Shown here: positions 26,221 through 37,496 of the stretch, in pieces | Layout: the number at the start of each line of letters is the position of its first letter | Position numbering within the stretch: position 1 is the first letter of the stretch | Assembly (NCBI GenBank): GCA_036785375.1 | Contig: JAWMAR010000086.1 | Location: 2,418,001 to 2,482,000 of the forward strand | DNA: 64,000 nucleotides | DNA from: Leucoraja ocellata | Lineage: Eukaryota | Reading direction: 5' to 3' | Translations under genes and position numbers: made by a program | Notes under the pieces: model-generated | What the model was told of the DNA's origin: nothing | Seen by the model: only the letters and a program-made list of their open reading frames with translations | Database searches by the model: none

Positions 26221-26476
26221 TAATGGCTCATTGGCGAGATAACTGTATTGTTAAAGCCTCTCGGAAAATGTCACGGTCTGGTCTACAAGTGAACTTACAT
26301 CAGGCTTGATTCTCGACTGCCATCTGAAGTGATAGAGCCAATTGTACAGCTTGTTGTCGCAGGTCACTGAGGAAATTCAGCAGATTCCACCATCTCCTTC
26401 TGAGGGCCCACTGACTTGGTTACTAAACCCCAGCATTGTAGACAATATCCAAAGTCCATAAGATCATAAGGGATCA

Positions 26477-26786
26477 AAGGTTCAAAGGTCTGTATATTGT
26501 TATGTGTACCATTTAAGGTACAGTGAAACTCAAGTTACCATGCAGCCATACTAAAAATAAAAGCAACCAGACACACAACTACATAAAAGTTAACATAAAC
26601 ATCCACCACAGCAGATTCCCCACATTCCTCACTGTGATGGAAGGAAATAAAGTCTAATCTTCTTCCTCTTATTCTCCCGTGGTCGGGGCAGTCGAACCAT
26701 CCACAGCCAGATATCAAGGCCGCCACGTCGGGGCGATCGAAGCTCCCGTGTCGAGGCGATTGAAGCTTTTGCGGCTTGGAATTCCA
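26477..26786 (-). mobile_element. 3' part of a CpG-rich non-autonomous retroelement
   Basis: Shares the cacagtgaggaatg...gtggtggatgtttatgttaa block with 50470-50530 and 36400-36470. Confidence 0.65.
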
Positions 26787-27410
26787 GAAACATAGAAACA
26801 TAGAAAATAGGTGCAGGAGGAGGCCATTTGGCCCTTCAAGACAGCACCGCCATTCATTGTGATCATGGCTGATCGTCCCCTATCAATAACCTGTGCCTGC
26901 CTTCTCCCCATATCCCTTGACTCCACTAGCCCCTAGAACTCTATCTAACTCTCTCTTAAATCCATCCAGTGACTTGGCCTCTGCTGTCCTCTGTGGCAGG
27001 GAATTCTGCAAATTCACAACTCTCTGGGTGAAAAAGTTTTTTCTCACATCAGTCTTAAATGACCTCCCCTTTATACTAAGACTGTGGCCCCTGGTTCTGA
27101 ACTCGCCCAACTTTGGGAACATTTTTCCTGCATCTTGTCCAGTCCTTTTATAATTTTATGTGGTTCTATAACACCCCCCCCCCCCCCCCCCCCATCCTTC
27201 TAAACTCCAGTGAATACAAGCCTAGTCTTTTCAATCTTTCCTCATATGACAGCCCCGCCATCCCAGGGATCAATCTCGTGAACCTACGCTGCACTGCCTC
27301 AATCACAGGGATGTGTGTCATTCGCAAACTTGCTAGTGTTGCTCCTAATTCCCTCTTCCAAATCGTTAATATATATGATAAACAGTTGCGGCCCCAACAC
27401 CGAGCCTTGC
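26787..27410 (-). mobile_element. CR1 3' fragment with internal deletion
   Basis: (agaaacat)n tail; AVQRRFTRLIPGMAGLSYEERL; jumps near 27310 to the KFAND/QGSVLGP region. Confidence 0.88.
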
Positions 27411-29680
27411 GGCCCTTCGAGCCAGCACCGCCATTCAATGTGATCATGGGTGATCATCCCCAATCAGTACCCCGTTCCTGCCTTCTCCCCATATCCCCTG
27501 ACTTCGCTATCTTTAAGAGCCCTATCTATCTCTCTCTTGAAAGTATCCAGAGAACCGACCTCCACCGCCCTCTGAGGCAGAGAATTCCACACTCACAACT
27601 CTCTGTGTAAAAAAGTGCTTCCTCATCTCTATTTTAAATGGCTTACCCCTTATTCTTAAACAGTGGCCACTGGTTCTGGACTCCTCCAACATCGGGAACA
27701 TGTTTTCTGCCTCTCGTGTGTCCAAACCCTTAATACTCTCATATGTTTCAATAAGATAGCCTCTCATCCTTCTAAACTCCTGAGTATACAAGCTCAGACG
27801 CTCCATTCTCGCAACATATGAAAGTCCCACCACCCCGGGAATTATCCTTGTAAACCTATGCTGCACTCACTCAATAGCAAGAACGTCCTTCCTCAAATTA
27901 GGGGACCAAAACTGCACACGTTATTCCAGGTGTGGTCTCACTAGGGCCCTATACAACTGCAGAAGGACCTCTTTGCTCCTATACTCAACTCTTCTTGTTA
28001 TGAAGGCCAACATGCCATTCGCTTTCTTCACTGCCCGCTGTACCTGCATGCTTACTTTAATTGACTGATGAACAAGGACCCCAGATCCCGTTGTACTTCC
28101 CCTTTTCCGAACTTGACACCATTCAGATAATAATCTGCTTTCCTGTTTTTGCTACCAAAGTGGATAACCTCACATTTATCCACATTAAACTGCATCTGCC
28201 ATGCATCTGCCTACTCGCCCAACCTGTCCACGTGGCCCTTCATTCTCATAGCATCCTCCTCACAGTTCACACTGCCACCCAGCTTTGTGTCATCTGCAAA
28301 ATTGCTAATGTTACTTTGAATCCCTTCATCTAAATCATTGATGTATATTGTAAATAGCTGCGGTCCCAGCACCGAGCCTTGCGGTACCCCACTAGTCACT
28401 GCCTGCCATTCTGAAAGGGACCTGTTAATCCCTACACTTTGTTTCCTCTCTGCCAACCAATTTTCTATCCATGACAGGACTCAACCCCCAATACCATGTG
28501 CCCTAATTTTGCCCACTAATCCCCCATGTGGGACCTTATCAAATGCTTTCTGAAGTCCAGGTACACTACATCCACTGGCTCTCCCTTGTCCATTTTCCTA
28601 GTTACATTCTCAAAAAATTCCAAAAGATTAGTCATGCATGATTCCCCCTTTGTAAATCCATGTTGACTTGGACCGATGCCGTTACTGCTATCAAAATATG
28701 CCGCTATTTCATCTTTTATGATTGACTCCAGCATCTTCCCCACCACCGATGTCAGGCTAACTTGTCTGTAATTCCCTCTTTTCTCCCTCCAGCCTTTCTT
28801 AAAAGTGGGATAACATTCGCTACTCTCCAATCCACAGGAACTGATCCTGAATCTATAGAACATTGGAAAATTATCATCAATGCATTCACGATTTCTAGAG
28901 CCATCTTCTTAAGTACCCTGGGATGCAGACCATCAGGCCATGGGGATTTATCAGCCTTCAGTCCCATCAGTCCACCCAACACCATTTCCTGCCTAATGTG
29001 GATATCTTTCAGTTCCTCCGTCACCCCAGATCCTCTGGCTAGTACACCAGGAAGATTGTTTGTGTCCTCCTTAATGAAGACGGTTCCAAAGTACCTGTTC
29101 AACCCATCTGCCATTTCCTTGTCCCCATAATAAATTCACCTTTTTCAGTCTTCAAGGGTCCAACTTTGGTCTTAACTAATTTTTTCCTCTTCACATACCT
29201 ATAGAACCTTTTACTATCCTCCTTTATATTCTTGGCTAGCTTACCTTCATACCTCATCTTTTCTCCGCGTATTGTCTTTTTAGTTATCCTCTGTTGTTCT
29301 TTATACATTACCCAATCCTCTTGCTTCCTGCTCGTCTTTGCTACAATGTACTTCTTCTCTTTTATTTTTATACTGTCCCTGACGCCCCTTGTCAGCCACG
29401 GTTGCCCCTTACTCCCCTTGGAATCTTTCTTCCTCTTTGGAATGAACTCATCCTGCACCTTCTGTATTATTCCCAGAAATATCTGCCATTGTTGATCCAC
29501 TGTCATCCCTGCTAGGGTATCTTTCCAGTCAACTTTGGCCAGCTCCTCCCTCATGGCCCCATAGTCCCCTTTATTCAACTGTAACATTGACACCTCCGAT
29601 TTACCCTTCTCCCTCTCTAATTGTAGATTAAACCTGACCATATTATGGTCACTACCTCCTAATAGCTCCTTAACCTTCCA
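27411..29680 (-). mobile_element. CR1 ORF2 (endonuclease end, RT, 3' UTR), frameshifted
   Basis: ORFs 29099..29641, 28752..29114, 28516..28863, 28211..28456 ([15 protein letters not shown]) and 27522..27866. Confidence 0.95.
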
Positions 29681-29894
29681 TTGACCTCAATACATTTAGC
29701 AACCAGCAGAGGGCACGCCACTTTAATTATTACAAATTTAATTTAATCAAAAATACAGATGCTCTTTCTTTTAATGTATTTATGATCTTTCCGGATTTTC
29801 ATTGCTTAAAAATCAGTTCATTAAAAAAGCATTTGAAGTATACTTGCAATCTCTTGTCCATGCTTCTGTGCCTCCAACTTCCCTTCCATTGACT

Positions 29895-30270
29895 CCATTT
29901 GACGAGTTGCACCTTTGCCACTCCATCTTCACCCCTCTTCCATCGGGCAAAAGGTGTAGAAGTGTGAAAAGTCACACCTTCACATTCAGGTGCAGTTTCT
30001 TCCCAACTGTTATCAGGCAACTGAATCATCCTACCACAACTAGAGAGCAGCCCAGAGCTATTATCTACCTCATTGGAGACCCTTGGACTATCATTGACTG
30101 GCCTTTACTGACCTTATCTTGCACTAATTGTCATTCATGTTATTCCCTTTATCATGTATCTGTACACTGTGGAGGGTTTGATTGTAATCATGTATTGTCT
30201 TTCCACTGACTGGTTAGCATACAACAAGCTTTTCATTGTACCTCGGTACACGTGACAATAAATTCAAACT
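29895..30270 (+). mobile_element. Rex1/Babar-like LINE 3' end
   Basis: HSIFTPLPSGKRCRSVKSHTFTFRCSFFPTVIRQLN; cattgtacctcggtacacgtgacaataaa tail. Confidence 0.8.
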
Positions 30271-30271
30271 C

Positions 30272-31462
30272 CTTTTGCAACCTGGATTTGATCATCAGCA
30301 GACCTCAATCAGTGTGGATAGGAAACAACATCCCTTCCTCAAGGACCAGTAAGACAAGTGCATCTCAACATGTGCATATCCCCCTGCTCAACTCAGCTGG
30401 ATGAGTGGTATCTCAACAACAACCTCTCCCTCAACATCACCAAGACCATGGAGCTAAAAAAATGTGCAGGAAGGAACTGCAGATGCTGGTTTACACCGAA
30501 GCTGGATAAAAAATTCTGGAGTAACTCAGCGGGTCAGGCAGCATCTCTGGATAATAGGAATGAGTGACATTTCAGGTAGAGACCCTTCTTTGGGTCCAAA
30601 GAAGCATCTCAACCCGAAATATCCCCCATGCCTTCTATCCAGAGATGCTGCCTGTCCTGCTGAGTTAATCCAGAATTTAGTGTCTATCCGAGGAGCTGAT
30701 TGTTGATTTCAGAATAGGAAGTTGGGAGATCATATGTCATTTTTTATTTGTTTGTCGGTGGTGGACAGAGTAAGCAGCTTCATATTCCCGGGGATTGATG
30801 ACTTGCACCTGGCACATTGATGTAATCATGAAGAAAGCACGCTCTTGCCTCTATCTTCTTGGAAGTTTAAAGAGAGTACATACATGTCCAAATAGTGAAA
30901 CAAACTTCAACAGCTGTATTGTAGAAAGTAGAAACAAGGAACTGCTGGTTTACAAAAAAGATACAAATTGCTGGAGTAACTCAGTGAGTCAAGCAGATCT
31001 TTGGAGAATATGAATAGTTGATCTTTCAGGTCGGGATCCTTCGTCAAACTTCACAAAGTATCCTGACTGCTTGCATCATGGCCTGGCATGGCAATTCCAA
31101 TGCACAGGAATGCAAGAGGTGGATTCAGCCAGGTCCGTCATGGGCACAGCCATCCCCTCCATCAAAAACATCAATAAGAGACACTGCTTCGAGAAGGTGG
31201 CATCTATCATCAAGGATCCCCAGCATATGGTTCTTCCATATACTCTCTTCTCACAGCTACCATCGGACACGAGGTACAGGAGCCTGAAATCTAACACCAC
31301 CAGGTGGAGAAACAGCTACTCTCCTACAGCTATCAGTTTCTTGAACTAACCTGCATGGTCCTAATCCTACTTTGAAAAAGGAACATGACATGCCTGTGAT
31401 GCTGCTGCAAGAAGATTTCCGTTGTACCTCTACCTCACACTGCTTGTGCATGTGACAATAAG
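30272..31462 (+). mobile_element. Older Rex1/Babar-like LINE fragment interrupted by two PLE inserts (30456-30691, 30931-31054)
   Basis: WYLNNNLSLNITKTMEL, TWHIDVIMKKA, LFSQLPSDTRYRSLKSNTTRWRNSYSPTAI; insert TSDs ggagct and aaagta. Confidence 0.8.
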
Positions 31463-32790
31463 TGTTTCAGCTCGGCAGCTGTTCCTGATGTAAACTGTTC
31501 ATGCCACAGGTTAAAGTCTTTATTCAACATTCGAATGTCTGCCAGATATTCTACCCCACTCATGAAGGCTTGGAATCCTTGCAGGCATTTAGTTCCAAAA
31601 GACATTTGGCCGCCAGTAATTTATTCCTAAAACAAAAACGTGACCTGTATGCAAGCAGAGACAGCCAGTGTCAGCTGGTGATTTAATCGTGAGCCACAGG
31701 CACAGTTTGCATAGGCAGATTGACTCAAGGGATCATCTCCCCATTCAGTGTTATTAAAACAAGAAGCATCCTTGCTCTGATCTCAAAATACCAGTGAGGC
31801 TAAACTGCCGAGCTGACTAGAATTGTTGAATGCTTTATATTATTAGCCATGACGAAGGTTGAGATTAATTTTACTCTCTTCCTTTGGGTCTTGGATGTAC
31901 CTTTTTCGATTTCAAATCCCTCATTAGACAGTTGGGGTTCTGGAGATCCAGTCACATTTGAGTCAGTGTTAATTGTACTCTCAGCTTGCACACTACACAA
32001 GGATCAAATGCAACTGTTTGCTCCCCATTCACATCAACATTTCTCGAGAAGTCACAGTCTTCCATTCTAAATGTTTGCCTAACAGTTCATTTGGCAAACC
32101 GATGCACAGAAGACCCACCTGCTCCATATCTCCTCAACTTGTCAAGAGAGGACAAACCTTATCTTGTCTTACAACAAGCTAAGTAGCAATTCAGGGTCCA
32201 AGTAGAATTGTATTGTAACCAGCAACCTCTGATGGTGCATAACTCACCAAGGAACAGATTATTTATGTGACTTACAAAATCTTTCATGGACCACACTAAT
32301 TTGTCAAAAAATTGATAAAATATATTTTTGCCAAATTTTCCAATTGGCAAAAATGAGGGCCAGGGTTGAGTGAGATATTAAGACTTCCAAGATCTTAAAC
32401 CTGCTCTCAATCAACCTGCAACTTCTAGATTTATAAAGGCTGGAGAAGACTCTCTAGCAGATGGGATGTCTATTTAAACATCACAAGGCTGGAGCCTTAG
32501 TTCCATTGCCATTATTCACATTTTCTAACAACTTCATTCCTGCTTGTCTATTTATGATCCTTCTTTTACCAAAACACAAACTCCACCTCTTTTTGAATAA
32601 ACTACAATTTGCTTGGATTATATGCCTACATAACCCCAATTCTATCGGACCCAAACTCTGGAGTTCCCTTGGTGTTGGTGCCTTCTATTTCTACCTGAAG
32701 GTTTTGTTCCCAAATCTCACTACACCTGTCCCAGGACTTCCCAATCCCAATCCCAATCCTCCAGGTGTTGTCATTTTGCTGCTGTTGCTG

Positions 32791-32870
32791 CATTTGGAAA
32801 GTGGTGAAATCATTGGACAAAGTTAGCATGGATTTATGAAAGGTAAATCATGTCTGACGACTCTTATAGA
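32791..32870 (+). repeat. 80-bp exact copy of CR1 segment 33467-33546
   Basis: Base-by-base identity, including the ...AGT TAG CAT GGA... stop codon. Confidence 0.92.
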
Positions 32871-32942
32871 TGAATCTTTCTGAGACAAATACTTAAGAAC
32901 CTTGAATCAAAGCACTGCTGGCTGGCAGAGGGCAGAGAAGGA

Positions 32943-34783
32943 ATGAGAACTGACTGCAAAAGCTTTCATAGATATGTGAAGAGAAAAAGATTAGTTAAAA
33001 CAAATGTAGGTCCCTTGCAGTCAGAAACGGGTGAATTGATCATGGGGAACAAGGACATGGCAGACCAATTGAATAACTACTTTGGTTCTGTCTTCACTAA
33101 GGAAGACATAAATAATCTGCCGGAAATAGCAGGGGACCGGGGGTCAAATGAGATGGGGGAACTGAGTGAAATCCAGGTTAGCCGGGAAGTGGTGTTAGGT
33201 AAATTGAATGGATTAAAGGTCGATAAATCCCCAGGGCCAGATAGGCTGCATCCCAGAGGACTTAAGGAAGTAGTCCCAGAAATAGTGGATGCATTAGTGA
33301 TAATTTTTCAAAACTCTTTAGATTCTGGAGTAGTTCCTGAGGATTGGCGGGTAGCTAATGTAACCCCACTTTTTAAAGAGAGAAAACAAGGAATTACAGA
33401 CCAGTTAGTCTAACGTCGGTAGTGGGGAAACTGCTAGAATCAGTTATTAAAGATGGGATAGCAGCACATTTGGAAAGTGGTGAAATCATTGGACAAAGTT
33501 AGCATGGATTTATGAAAGGTAAATCATGTCTGACGACTCTTATAGAATTTTTCGAGGATGTAACGAGTGGATAAGGGAGAACCAGTGGATGTGTTGTATC
33601 TGGACTTTCAGAAGGTATTCGACAAGGTCCCACATAAGAGATTAGTATACAAACTTAAAGCACACGGTATTGGGGGTTCAGTATTGATGTGGATAGAGAA
33701 CTGGTTGGCAGACAGGAAGCAAAGAGTAGGAGTGAACGGGTCCTTTTCACAATGGCAGGCAGTGACTAGTGGGGTACCGCAAGGCTCAGTTCTGGGACCC
33801 CAGCTATTTACGATATATATTAATGATTTGGACGAGGGAATTGAATGCAACATCTCCAAGTTTGCAGATGACACGAAGCTGGGGGGGCAGTGTTAGCTGT
33901 GAGGAGGATGCTAGGAGGCTGCAAGTTGACTTGGATAGGCTGGGTGAGTGGGCAAATGCATGGCAGATGCAGTGCAATGTGGATAAATGTGAGGTTATCC
34001 ATTTTGGTGGCAAAAACAGGAAAGTAGAATATTATCTGAATGGTGGCCGATTAGGAAAGGGGGAGATGCAACGAGACCTGGGTGTCATGGTACACCAGTC
34101 ATTAAAAGTAGGCATGCAGGTGCAGCAGGCAGTGAAGAAGGCGAATGGTATGTTAGCATTCATAGCAAAAGGATTTGAGTATAGGAGCAGGGAGGTTCTA
34201 CTGCAGTTGTACAGGGTCTTGGTGAGACCACACCTGGAGTATTGCGTACAGTTTTGGTCTCCTAATCTGAGGAAAGACATTCTTGCCATAGAGGGAGTAC
34301 AGAGAAGGTTCAACAGACTGATTCCTGGGATGTCAGGACTTTCATATGAAGAAAGACTGGATAGACTTGGCTTGTACTCGATAGAATTTAGAAGATTGAG
34401 GGGGGATCTTAAAGAAACTTACAAAATTCTTAAGGAGTTGGACAGGCTAGATGCAGGAAGATTGTTCCCGATGTTGGGGAAGTCCCGATGATTTAAGGAT
34501 AAGGGGGAAATCTTTTAGGACCGAGATGAGGAAAACTTTTTTCACACAGAGAGTGGTGAATCTCTGGAATTCTCTGCCGCAGAAGGTAGTTGAGGCCAGT
34601 TCATTGGCTATATTTAAGAGGGAGTTAGATGTGGCCCTTGTGGCTAAAGGGATCAAGAGGTATGGAGAGAAGGCAGGAACAGGATACTGAGTTGGATGAT
34701 CAGCCATGATCATATTGAATGGCAGTGCAGGCTCGAAGGGCCGAATGGCCTACTCCTGCACCTATTTTCTATGTTTCTATGTT
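32943..34783 (+). mobile_element. CR1 ORF2 RT and 3' UTR, 5'-truncated and frameshifted
   Basis: ORFs 32943..33413, 33567..33896 (YLDFQK, QGSVLGP, FADD) and 33769..34491; ttctatgtttctatgttt tail. Confidence 0.95.
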
Positions 34784-36319
34784 TGGATAAAGAGGGTTAA
34801 GAATTGTTGGCCTGTTACTGTTCTATACTCTGTACATTTATTTAACTAAGCCACATTGAAGTGATTATAAACTATTATGAATCAGTTTTACATGTTAATA
34901 CATGTTGCAAGAGCTCATGGTTTCTGCATGATCATGACAATTCACCGATGAATATTTAGTTCACTTGATGCCTGCAGTACTTCTATATTTTGTTTTTTTT
35001 GGTTGTTTCAATCAACGTCAATATCCTAGAACTTACACTTACCATGTCTGTATTTACCGTATTATTATCAATATCCTAGAACTTACATGTACGATGTCTG
35101 CAGTTTCCCAATCCCACAGTGAAAACCTACTTGCAGCAACTTTCATATTCCTCATCAGCAAGTCCCTGATCTGTACCAGCCCATCTAAAGAAGAATCTCA
35201 TCAGACGTGTAGGGTGGGATAATGTCACTGGCTGATGCATGGCAGAGGGGCAAATGTGCAGAGCAAACCCTACCCAAATAAATAATGGAGGACATGTCTG
35301 CAGCTGGATCTGCCATATCCCCTTCCCAGTAACATCTCAGCCAACTTTCAATGACTTTCTGAATTTTCCCATACAAAAAGATAATTTTACATAGGCTTAG
35401 CTGGACACCAACATTTCATCAAGTGAGTTTGTTAATGTTTTGAACAACTATCACTTGCAATTGCTAGACTGGGGTTTTAAATCAGTCAACTATGACAATT
35501 TAAAATGAATTCATGCTAAAATGTTAATTAAAAATATAATCTCTTTTGTCTGTTTTGGATGTTATAGTTTTGCAAGAAACGATGCAAAATTTCTATTGAG
35601 TAACCACACTTCTAGTGAACTAAACATGACTTGCCTGTAAACTTAAAGCTTAACCCGGAAATGCAAAAGATAATTGCAATACCATAAACTAGCATATTCT
35701 TGGCATCAAGTGGCTGCAATTAGATTAAGATTGGGAAATTGGGCATATTGTTGTGAAACAGCAAATAATGATCATGTTGCGGAGCTAAGGCTGAGCCGAA
35801 GTACAGAAAGGGAGATATACGGTTCTAAGCAAACTGTCAACACAGTAGAATAGTTACTTTGAGCTACCGTATGTCCTCTTCAAAGTAGAGGCACCTCATT
35901 CCACCAAAATTGATTAATTAGCATTTTTTCCCCAAAGAAATAGGGCATGCTGTGATTCAAAAGATCCTTGAAGTGAAACTAAAAACTCTGGTTAGGTAAT
36001 TATATGTTGGTTAGAGAATAGTTACACTGAATATCAAACCTCACATTCAAAGTCATAACAACGCTCCACATACACTTGAAACAAATAACCTTGCCCTTTT
36101 GTTACAGCTGAAATTTTCATCTTAAAAGATCTTTTGTTACTCAACCGTTAGCCTCAGTATGTCAGTGAAAGGCATGATGAGGACTACACACAATGTGTTG
36201 CTGTTATTTCCATCATTTTCTTCTACCTTCCATTTAAAAGAAATCGCAAATTGTATACGTTCCATGCCTATTTTTAATTAATGAAATATCAATTTATCAT
36301 ACATGACAACAACAAGAGA

Positions 36320-37092
36320 ACGATACGATATGATGGCACTTTATTGTCAGACCGAGGTCTGAAATTTGTTTATGTTTACAGCCATACAATAAAATAAAGA
36401 ACACAACACACAATAGAGTCCAACATAAAACATCCCCACACAGCAGAATCAAAATGTTTCCCACTGTGAGGCAAGGCACCAAAGTCAGTCATCTTCCTCG
36501 ATGTTCCTGATGTTCACCCGTGGTTGGGGCCTCCTGAGCCTTCCGCAGTCGCCGCTACCGGTCAGGCCCGCCGCTCAGGCCCGCTCGTCGGGATGATGGA
36601 ACTCCGACGTCGGAACGGGAGGCCAACCTCAGTGGCTTGGACCTCCGAATCGGCCGCGCCCCACCGGAGTCCGCGGCTCTCGACGTCCCCGGGCGGAGAT
36701 TCACGCTGGCGGCCCTCGGCAAAGGACCCCAGGGACTCCGCGATGTTGAGGTCAGAGACGCCCGCACTGGGAGCTCCGCAAACCACAGCTCCGTGATGTT
36801 GGAGCAGCGGGCACAACGCTCTGGAGCGTCAAATGGCGATCTAGGTAGGTATCGCCCACTCCGCGGTGAATCCAGCGCCGCACCGCCGCTGCCGAAGCTC
36901 TGGTCTTCTAGCTCAGGTGGAAAAGGTTGCTCCGATCCAGTTGGTAGGCCGAGAGGAGGGGGGGGGGGGGGGGGGGGGAAGGACGCGAGAAATAGTCGCA
37001 TCCTCGCTAGGAAGTGGTTTCCCCAATTACCCTACCCCCCTCCCCCACATAAAAAACGAAAGAAATCTCCCAATCAAACTATTTAGACAAAC
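36320..37092 (-). mobile_element. CpG-rich non-autonomous retroelement
   Basis: High CpG core; tgacaataaa and a short repeat tail on the minus strand; architecture similar to 49965-50626. Confidence 0.65.
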
Positions 37093-37141
37093 TAGAATTG
37101 TATTCTACCTGCACGTTCTGATGGTGCACGAGTCACCAAGT

Positions 37142-37496
37142 CACAGAGTCATGGAGTCATACAGTGCGGAACCAGGCCCTTCAGCCCAACTTGCGCACAC
37201 CAACCAACATGTCCCATCTCCACTAGTACCACTCGCCTGTGTTTGGCCCATAAACCTATAAACCATTTCTATCCATGAACCTGTCCAATTGCTTCATAAA
37301 CATTACAATAGTCCCTGCCTCAACTACCTCCTCCAGCAGCACATTCCATATACCCACCATCCTTTGCGTGAAAAAGTTGCCCCACAGATTCCTATAAAAT
37401 CTACCCGCCTTACCTTAAACCTCAGGTTCTTGACTCCCCCACTCTGGGCAAGAGACTCTGTGTGTCCACCCGACCTATTCCTCTCATGATTTTATG
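37142..37496 (-). mobile_element. CR1/HER1-type 3' fragment
   Basis: gagtcatacagtgcggaaccaggcccttcagccc tail; putative TSD caagt (37137-37141, 37497-37501). Confidence 0.75.

Noticed and set aside
35018-35087. 20-bp direct repeat tcaatatcctagaacttaca spaced by 30 bp
   Set aside because: Looks like an ordinary short diverged tandem duplication
36524-37261. Cluster of overlapping GC-rich ORFs or a CpG-island promoter (also 50026-50552)
   Set aside because: They lie inside dispersed CpG-rich repeats; few stop codons are expected at high GC; no protein motif recognised
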